Shown piece by piece: positions 58,146 to 64,000 of a DNA stretch of 64,000 nucleotides (position 1 is the stretch's first letter; each line of letters begins with the position of its first letter). Position numbers and translations under genes: made by a program. Under the pieces are notes generated by a model that saw only the letters and a list, made by a program, of their open reading frames with translations, made no database searches and had not been told where the DNA came from. The stretch lies in NCBI GenBank assembly GCA_035325985.1, contig DAOKYW010000016.1:4126-68125 (forward strand), written 5' to 3'. This stretch comes from Bacteroidales bacterium (GTDB lineage: Bacteria; Bacteroidota; Bacteroidia; Bacteroidales; F082).

Positions 58146-58376
58146 TCAGCATAAGTTGTCGATGGCAGCGGCAAGCTTGTGATCCTTATCTGTTACGATA
58201 TTGCCGGCATCATGGGTGCTCAGCCTGATGGTGACCTTGTTGTACACATTCGACCACTCCGGGTGGTGATTCATCTTTTCGGCCACAAGTGCCACCCGTG
58301 TCATAAATGAGAAAGCCTGAATGAAATCGTCGAACATAAACGTCCTGACCAACTGATTGTTTTCGGTTGTCCACAT
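58146..58376 (-). CDS. 4a-hydroxytetrahydrobiopterin (pterin-4a-carbinolamine) dehydratase
   Basis: 76 aa. The [22 protein letters not shown] motif is typical of the PCD/DCoH family. Confidence 0.85.
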   Translation of the reverse strand: MWTTENNQLVRTFMFDDFIQAFSFMTRVALVAEKMNHHPEWSNVYNKVTIRLSTHDAGNIVTDKDHKLAAAIDNLC

Positions 58377-58539
58377 GGTTTCTGTGTTTAACCTCTTTAA
58401 ACAATTATTCTGCGGACAGTGTTCAAAACGTAAACATGTGCCGCAACAAAAGGCTTATCTGCACAGCGCTTTTACACTGAAACGTCTGACAGAATCAGTA
58501 AAATCATCTGATTTGATAACTGAATACGGTATGCGCTGC

Positions 58540-58830
58540 TTATTCGCCGCCTGGAAAGTCGTAATGCTTTCTGACCGCTTTGAGGATTTGCCAGCGACAA
58601 CCCAATCCCTTGTGAAAAGTAACAAGATGTCCGGGCAAAATTTCAACCGGCTCGCCACCATCTGGTGTAACAATAACATGACCCTCAAGCATATAGCAAA
58701 CCTCGGTATCGTCGTAATACCAGGGAAAATCGCTTTCTTCTTTGGTCCAGATGGGCCATTTGTCCACACCATGCGCAGCCAGCCATTCGGCAGATGGTAC
58801 TTCAACGGTAATTAAGCCGGAGCGTCTCAT
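58540..58830 (-). CDS. cupin domain protein (DUF861/cupin_3 type)
   Basis: 96 aa. WPIWTKEESDFPWYYDDTEVCYMLEGHV...GLGCRW pattern. Confidence 0.75.
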   Translation of the reverse strand: MRRSGLITVEVPSAEWLAAHGVDKWPIWTKEESDFPWYYDDTEVCYMLEGHVIVTPDGGEPVEILPGHLVTFHKGLGCRWQILKAVRKHYDFPGGE

Positions 58831-58842
58831 TTTCGCAGCGTA

Positions 58843-59799
58843 TTATTCCTGACCGGAGAGTTTCTTTCCAATTTCGCGAAGCATCAGCTCCGTCATGCTG
58901 TCGAGGTTAAACGAGTCCGAAAGGCCCCAATCCTTGCGCGCCACACTATCGTCGATGCTGGCAGGCCAGCTGTCGGCTATTGCCTGGCGGAAGTCAGGTT
59001 CATAGCTGATTTCAAAGTCCGGCTGGTGTTTTCGGATGGAAGCCGCCACCTGTTGTGGAGTAAAGCTCATACCACCAACATTGTAGCTCGAGCGGAGCGA
59101 AAGACTGGAAGGGTCGGCATCCATGAGCTTAATAGTAGCGTTGATAGCATCATCCATGAACATCATGGGAAGGGCTGTATCTTCACGAAGGAAACATGTG
59201 TAGCGATTGTTGCGTATGGCTTCGTAATAGATTTCAACGGCATAGTCGGTTGTGCCGCCGCCGGCTTCGGTTTTGTAGCTGATAAGGCCGGGATAGCGCA
59301 GGCTTCTGAAATCCACGCCATAGCGCCTGTGGTAGTATTCGCCCCAGCGTTCGCCGGCCAGCTTGCTGATGCCATAAACCGTATTGGGTTCCATCACCGT
59401 GAGTTGTGGTGTGTTGTGACGGGGTGTTGTTGGCCCGAATACCGCTATCGAGCTGGGCCAGAAAAGTTTTCTGGCATCCGAATCGCGGGCAAGTTCGAGG
59501 GTGTTCATCAGGGCACGCATATTGATGTCCCAGGCCTGCTGTGGTATTTTCTCGGCATTGCCCGAGAGCACGGCAGCCAGATTGTACACCTGGGTGATTT
59601 TGAAGCGCACGGCAAAATGCAGCAGGTTATTGTAATCGAGCACATCAAGCAGGTAGAACGGCCCTGATTCGAGAATGTCGGCAGGTGGCTGCTTGATGTC
59701 GGTGGCAAATACGTTCTTGTTGCCGTAAATCTTGCGCAGGGTAAGGGTTAGCTCCGAGCCAATCTGTCCGGAGCAGCCGATAACCAAAATTCTTTCCAT
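58843..59799 (-). CDS. NAD-dependent epimerase/dehydratase family protein, likely SDR-type L-threonine 3-dehydrogenase
   Basis: 318 aa. Rossmann motif VIGCSGQIGSEL and catalytic YGISK. Overall it resembles UDP-galactose-4-epimerase-like threonine dehydrogenases. The substrate assignment is inference. Confidence 0.7.
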   Translation of the reverse strand: MERILVIGCSGQIGSELTLTLRKIYGNKNVFATDIKQPPADILESGPFYLLDVLDYNNLLHFAVRFKITQVYNLAAVLSGNAEKIPQQAWDINMRALMNTLELARDSDARKLFWPSSIAVFGPTTPRHNTPQLTVMEPNTVYGISKLAGERWGEYYHRRYGVDFRSLRYPGLISYKTEAGGGTTDYAVEIYYEAIRNNRYTCFLREDTALPMMFMDDAINATIKLMDADPSSLSLRSSYNVGGMSFTPQQVAASIRKHQPDFEISYEPDFRQAIADSWPASIDDSVARKDWGLSDSFNLDSMTELMLREIGKKLSGQE

Positions 59800-59825
59800 T
59801 TTGTGAAATAATTAACAGTTTGTGG

Positions 59826-59833
59826 CAAAGGTA
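59826..59833 (-). promoter_or_regulatory. candidate -7 box (TACCTTTG) for the dehydrogenase/cupin genes
   Basis: Lies 27 nt upstream of ATG 59799, within the same 13-mer GGACTACCTTTGC seen at 57461-57473. Confidence 0.5.
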
Positions 59834-59916
59834 GTCCAAACCCCTTTGCCGTACAAGGAAACCAAGGTTTAAAGCACCAATTTTTCGTTACTTTGCAGCG
59901 TAAAACGCAATCAGCA

Positions 59917-61407
59917 ATGATGCCCCACACCACAGAAAACAAGCTGTATATCTACAACACCCTAAGCCGGAGTAAGGAAGCTTTCGAGCCCATTGTTCCG
60001 GGACGCGTCGGCATGTATGTTTGCGGTCCGACGGTTTACGGCGATGCTCATCTGGGGCATGCACGGCCTGCCGTCACCTTCGATCTGGTTTTTCGCTTTC
60101 TTACAGCATTGGGTTTCAAGGTGCGGTATGTGCGCAATATTACCGATGTGGGACATCTGGAGAACGATGCCGACGAAGGCGAGGACAAGATAGCACGCAA
60201 GGCGCGACTCGAGCAGCTCGAGCCCATGGAAGTGGTTCAGTATTATACCATTCGATATCATAAAAATATGGCTCAGCTCAACGTGCTCAGGCCCTCTATC
60301 GAGCCACACGCTTCGGGTCATATCATTGAGCAGATCGAGATGGTGAAGCGCATTTTGGAGAAAGGATATGCCTACGAAGTGAACGGCTCAGTGTATTTTG
60401 ATGTCGGGCGCTATAACCAAAGCTTCAACTATGGCGTGCTTTCCGGACGGAAAGTAGAGGAACTTTTCAGCAACACCCGCGATCTTGCGGGCCAATCCGA
60501 AAAGCGCAACAGCACAGATTTCGCTCTTTGGAAAAAAGCTGAACCACAGCATATTATGCGCTGGCCGTCGCCCTGGGGAGAAGGATTTCCGGGCTGGCAC
60601 CTCGAATGCTCCGCTATGGGCTGCAAATACCTCGGTGAGCAATTCGACATACACGGTGGTGGCCTCGACCTGCTTTTTCCGCATCATGAATCGGAAATAG
60701 CCCAAAGCACCATTGCCAACAATAAGAGTCCTGTGCGCTACTGGATGCACAATAATATGGTGACCATCAACGGGCAAAAAATGGGGAAATCGCTGGGCAA
60801 TGCCATGAGCCTCGACGACATTTTTGAAGGTAATCATCCCTTGCTGGCCCAGGCCTACAGCCCAATGACCATCCGTTTTTTCATACTTCAGGCCCACTAC
60901 CGCAGCACATTGGACTTTGGCAACGAAGCCCTTCAGGCAGCAGAAAAAGGTTATGCACGGCTTAACGAAGCCGGTAAAATTCTTCGAAAACTTCAGGCCA
61001 CCGAAAACGCTCCCCTGCTGGGCATCGAGAAACTGAGAAACGCAGCCTGGGAGGCTATGCTCGACGATTTCAACAGCCCCGTAGCCATCGCACAACTGTT
61101 CGAAGCCGTGCGCATCATCAATGGCGTGGCCGAGGGTCACCTTTCAATTAATCCACAGGAATTGAGCCTGCTACAGCTTTTCTTTGAACAATTTGCCCGC
61201 GAGATTCTTGGACTGACTGACGACAGCGCCACCGGCAGTGATGAAAAGACCATAAACGGACTGATGGAGACCATACTCGAATTGCGGCAGGAAGCGCGCA
61301 GCAGGAAAGATTTTGCCACAAGCGATAAGATACGCGACAGGCTTGCTCGGCTCAGCATTGTAGTTAAGGACGGCAAAGAAGGCAGCCAATGGCAATTCAA
61401 GCCCTGA
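59917..61407 (+). CDS. cysS: cysteine--tRNA ligase
   Basis: HIGH-type motif (GDAHLGHA), KMSKS-type motif (KMGKS), and zinc-site Cys residues. Start trimmed from the TTG at 59893 to ATG 59917. Confidence 0.96.
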   Translation: MMPHTTENKLYIYNTLSRSKEAFEPIVPGRVGMYVCGPTVYGDAHLGHARPAVTFDLVFRFLTALGFKVRYVRNITDVGHLENDADEGEDKIARKARLEQLEPMEVVQYYTIRYHKNMAQLNVLRPSIEPHASGHIIEQIEMVKRILEKGYAYEVNGSVYFDVGRYNQSFNYGVLSGRKVEELFSNTRDLAGQSEKRNSTDFALWKKAEPQHIMRWPSPWGEGFPGWHLECSAMGCKYLGEQFDIHGGGLDLLFPHHESEIAQSTIANNKSPVRYWMHNNMVTINGQKMGKSLGNAMSLDDIFEGNHPLLAQAYSPMTIRFFILQAHYRSTLDFGNEALQAAEKGYARLNEAGKILRKLQATENAPLLGIEKLRNAAWEAMLDDFNSPVAIAQLFEAVRIINGVAEGHLSINPQELSLLQLFFEQFAREILGLTDDSATGSDEKTINGLMETILELRQEARSRKDFATSDKIRDRLARLSIVVKDGKEGSQWQFKP

Positions 61408-61539
61408 TTATAAAATTTTTCGGTGTTCAGGCATCACTACATTTGACAGCAGGTGTCGCTTGTAGTATATTTGAGCTTTTATTGCCACATATATCTGAGT
61501 ATTGTGGCGGATTGCTCTGAAAACAAAACAAGTTGAACT

Positions 61540-63153
61540 TTGGAAAAAGAAATCGAGCATCTTAAAGCCAGAATCAGCGAGCTGGAAGAAGAGCTTTCGC
61601 GCGTCAGAAGTGCAGCTGAGCGCGACATTAATCATCGCATGGCACTCACCATCAACAATATCCCGCTAGCCATCGTCAATACCGACAAGCATGGATATAT
61701 CAACGCGGTGAATCCTGCCTTCCTGCGCATTTTTGCCGTCACCTCCGGCGAACTAATCGACAAGCAGAACATCCGGTATTTCGAGCCATTTGTGCAGAAC
61801 CCCATCCATCCTTATGTGGACGAACTGGTGGAGAAGAGTATTGAGTTTGATATAGAGATCCCATTTCGTTTAAAGGATAAGGATGTTTTTTTCCGTTGCA
61901 GGGGAATAAAAATTAGCAGTCAGCTTTCTGAAGAATCAAGTTTTCTTTTCATCATTGGCGATATTACCCGCCGAAAAACCACAGAACAAGAGCTTTTAAA
62001 AGCCCTGCAACGCGCCGAAGAGTCGGACAGGCTAAAAACAGCATTTCTCGCAGCCATGAGCCACGAGATCCGAACACCCATGAATCACATCATCGGATTC
62101 TCCGAATTTCTGAAAGACCCTTTGCTCAACGCGGATGAGCGAGAAGAATATTGCCAAATCATTTACGAAAGCGGCCAGTGCCTGCTCCGGCTGATCGAAG
62201 ACATCATCGACATTGCAAGGCTCGAATCGCATCAGATGCTTGTAAACCCTACTGTTTTCGGGGTTGATGATTTTATCAGAAGTATCTACCGTTCGTTTGC
62301 CGAACTACGTGCAAAAAACACCAAAAACCAGATTAGCTTTCTCCTGAAATGTCCGGAAAATGCGGCAAAAATCTATATAAAAACCGACGCCATACGGTTG
62401 CAACAGATCGTGGATAATCTGCTCGACAATGCGTTCAAATTCACTTCGCATGGACAGGTCGAGCTTGGATATGCTGTGCAGGATGGCAAGCTGGCCATTT
62501 ATGTGCGCGATACCGGCCCGGGTATTCCGGCCGACAAACATGAGTGGGTGTTCAAACGCTTCAGGCAACTTGATTACAGCATCAACAAAAAGTATGGGGG
62601 TACGGGTCTGGGTCTTGCGCTGGTAAAAAGCCTTGCCGAGTTGCTGGAGGGCGAGGTAAAGCTTGAATCTGAGGTCGGAAAAGGTGCATTATTTACTGTT
62701 CTAATTCCCGGAATCATTATGCAACAAACACATAAAAACGGCAACAACAATGGCGTATCCCGTATTGATTGGTCAGGGTTTACTTTTCTGGTTGTCGAAG
62801 ATGAGCGGTCGAACTACAACCTGCTCAGCATCATGCTCAGACCAAGCAAGGTAAAACTCATCTGGGCCAAAGATGGTCACGAGGCCATGGCCCTGTTCGG
62901 GCAATATAAAAACGATATCCATTTGGTACTGATGGACATACGCTTGCCGGGCATAAACGGATATGAAGTTACAAAGCATATCAAAACCATCAGACCCGAG
63001 CTGCCGGTGATTGCTCAAACAGCCTACGCCATGGAAATTGAGATTATCAAAGCCCGCGAAGCAGGCTGTGATGACTACATTAGTAAGCCCATCGACCGCC
63101 GTCTGCTGCTCGACATGATCAGCCGCCACCTTCCGGAACAGCAAAGCGAATGA
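61540..63153 (+). CDS. PAS-domain hybrid sensor histidine kinase/response regulator
   Basis: 537 aa. N-terminal coiled coil, PAS, H-box MSHEIRTPMNH, HATPase_c, and a C-terminal REC (LVVEDE, LMDIRLP, SKPI). The only start that keeps the coiled coil is TTG 61540, which immediately follows an in-frame TGA. The next ATG is at 61639. Confidence 0.8.
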   Translation: MEKEIEHLKARISELEEELSRVRSAAERDINHRMALTINNIPLAIVNTDKHGYINAVNPAFLRIFAVTSGELIDKQNIRYFEPFVQNPIHPYVDELVEKSIEFDIEIPFRLKDKDVFFRCRGIKISSQLSEESSFLFIIGDITRRKTTEQELLKALQRAEESDRLKTAFLAAMSHEIRTPMNHIIGFSEFLKDPLLNADEREEYCQIIYESGQCLLRLIEDIIDIARLESHQMLVNPTVFGVDDFIRSIYRSFAELRAKNTKNQISFLLKCPENAAKIYIKTDAIRLQQIVDNLLDNAFKFTSHGQVELGYAVQDGKLAIYVRDTGPGIPADKHEWVFKRFRQLDYSINKKYGGTGLGLALVKSLAELLEGEVKLESEVGKGALFTVLIPGIIMQQTHKNGNNNGVSRIDWSGFTFLVVEDERSNYNLLSIMLRPSKVKLIWAKDGHEAMALFGQYKNDIHLVLMDIRLPGINGYEVTKHIKTIRPELPVIAQTAYAMEIEIIKAREAGCDDYISKPIDRRLLLDMISRHLPEQQSE

Positions 63154-63259
63154 GCACTGAAGCAAACTGACTGACCCTGAACAACCGAACGGTTATTGAG
63201 TTGAACTTTTAGCCTGTCTTATGTAAATTTGATGCAGATGAAGTTCAATCATCAGTAAA

Positions 63260-63998
63260 ATGAAAAAGCTCTTTATCCTTACGTTAAGTGTATGCTTTTG
63301 CATGCCGGGAGTGTTGGCTCAGGATAAACTGACACCCACCAAAACAAATAAAGGTTATTACAGCGGCTTTCTCAATCTGGGCTTATCCATGCAAGGTTAT
63401 TCATATCCAAAAAATCCTTCCATGGGTATCACTGCAACCGGATTTTTACCAACCTTTGGCGTTGGAGCCTGTTATGCTTACCCAATCGCATCGTGGCTGA
63501 AGATTCAACCCCGGTTGAGCTATCTGCAAAAAGGCACTGCACACAGGTCCAGGGTATTTTACGATTCGACAGGGGTTTTGACCATAGTTGGTGGCGGAAA
63601 GGAAGGAAAAAAGTTCATCCACAGGAATAAGTTTCATTAAATTGCTACAGATGTTAGCCTGGTTTTCAGATACAATCATTTGGAAGATAAAGCCCAATTA
63701 CAAAACCGGCTTAAAAACAGAATGTTTAATGGATTACAGCATTGAATATGATGTTGATGAATTTTCGGGCAATTATATCGATTATGGTTTAATGCTGCCT
63801 TCGAATTACCCAATCAACAGCAACTACGCGAATTTTAACAGGATGAATGCCGGATTGATTAATGGGTTTGGCGTGGAATTTAAAAAAGACTGGTTCGTTG
63901 GATGAGAACTGGATGTCAGCCCGGGACATGTGGTCAACAATTCGAATATGAAAGTTAAGAACTACATGAGCTACTTTACTATTGGAAAGGGCTTTTAA
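63260..63998 (+). pseudogene. disrupted outer-membrane beta-barrel (porin-family) gene
   Basis: Signal peptide MKKLFILTLSVCFCMPGVLAQ followed by beta-strand-type sequence. An in-frame TAA at 63638-63640 falls inside ...NKFH*IATDVSLVFRY. A frame change is needed near 63670-63690. An in-frame TGA at 63903-63905 precedes a typical barrel C-terminus, ...NYMSYFTIGKGF, which ends at TAA 63996-63998. Confidence 0.55.
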
Positions 63999-64000
63999 TT

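Noticed and set aside
63903-63905. In-frame TGA considered as selenocysteine or programmed read-through
   Set aside because: The same gene also carries a TAA and a frameshift, and outer-membrane barrels are not selenoproteins. A pseudogene is the simpler reading.

Overview
The window is chromosomal DNA that looks like Bacteroidota. Supporting signs are a 2443-aa SprA/T9SS protein, a proline-rich TonB, RprXY-like two-component genes, and TAnnTTTG -7 boxes in front of many genes. Hand counts put GC at roughly 50%. It is densely coding, with about 50 CDS. I found no rRNA, tRNA, CRISPR array, transposase or phage genes.

Gene content, left to right:
- A complete suf Fe-S assembly operon (sufBCDS, sufE, DUF59 gene), minus strand.
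- A U32 peptidase.
- A pgi / exported-protein / nitroreductase operon.
- An RprXY-like kinase and response-regulator pair.
- A serine hydrolase, a decayed GNAT gene, a lipoprotein and a threonine aldolase.
- A cytochrome-c-dependent nitric oxide reductase cluster: norC, norB, norQ, norD plus CoxIII-like and CoxIV-like genes.
- rlmN and an FNR-like flavoprotein.
- A 12-kb plus-strand block around a trimeric NuoE/NuoF-linked [FeFe]-hydrogenase (hydC, hydB, hydA). It also holds a hydrogenase-like protein fused to a histidine kinase, three further receiver proteins, a second kinase, and the maturases hydG and hydF (no hydE).
- A three-gene biotin-dependent acyl-CoA carboxylase.
- A hybrid kinase, fbaA, tonB, a vanZ-like gene, gcvH, sprA, ruvA, maeB, a DEAD-box helicase, a pterin dehydratase, a cupin, an SDR-type threonine dehydrogenase-like gene, cysS, a PAS hybrid kinase, and a decayed outer-membrane beta-barrel gene.

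The most interesting region is 24.3-36.3 kb, a candidate H2-sensing phosphorelay embedded in a hydrogenase operon. Secondary observations:
- A nested palindrome in front of that operon.
- An orphan intrinsic terminator with a promoter-like box, which could mark an sRNA.
- A 0.7-kb gene-free gap carrying a weak cobalamin-riboswitch-like element and a stub ORF.
- An intercistronic terminator-like hairpin inside the nor cluster.
- Two pseudogenes.

Several CDS starts were trimmed relative to the ORF track, because the family-typical N-terminus begins at an internal ATG. All functional calls rest on motif recognition by eye; no database search was run.
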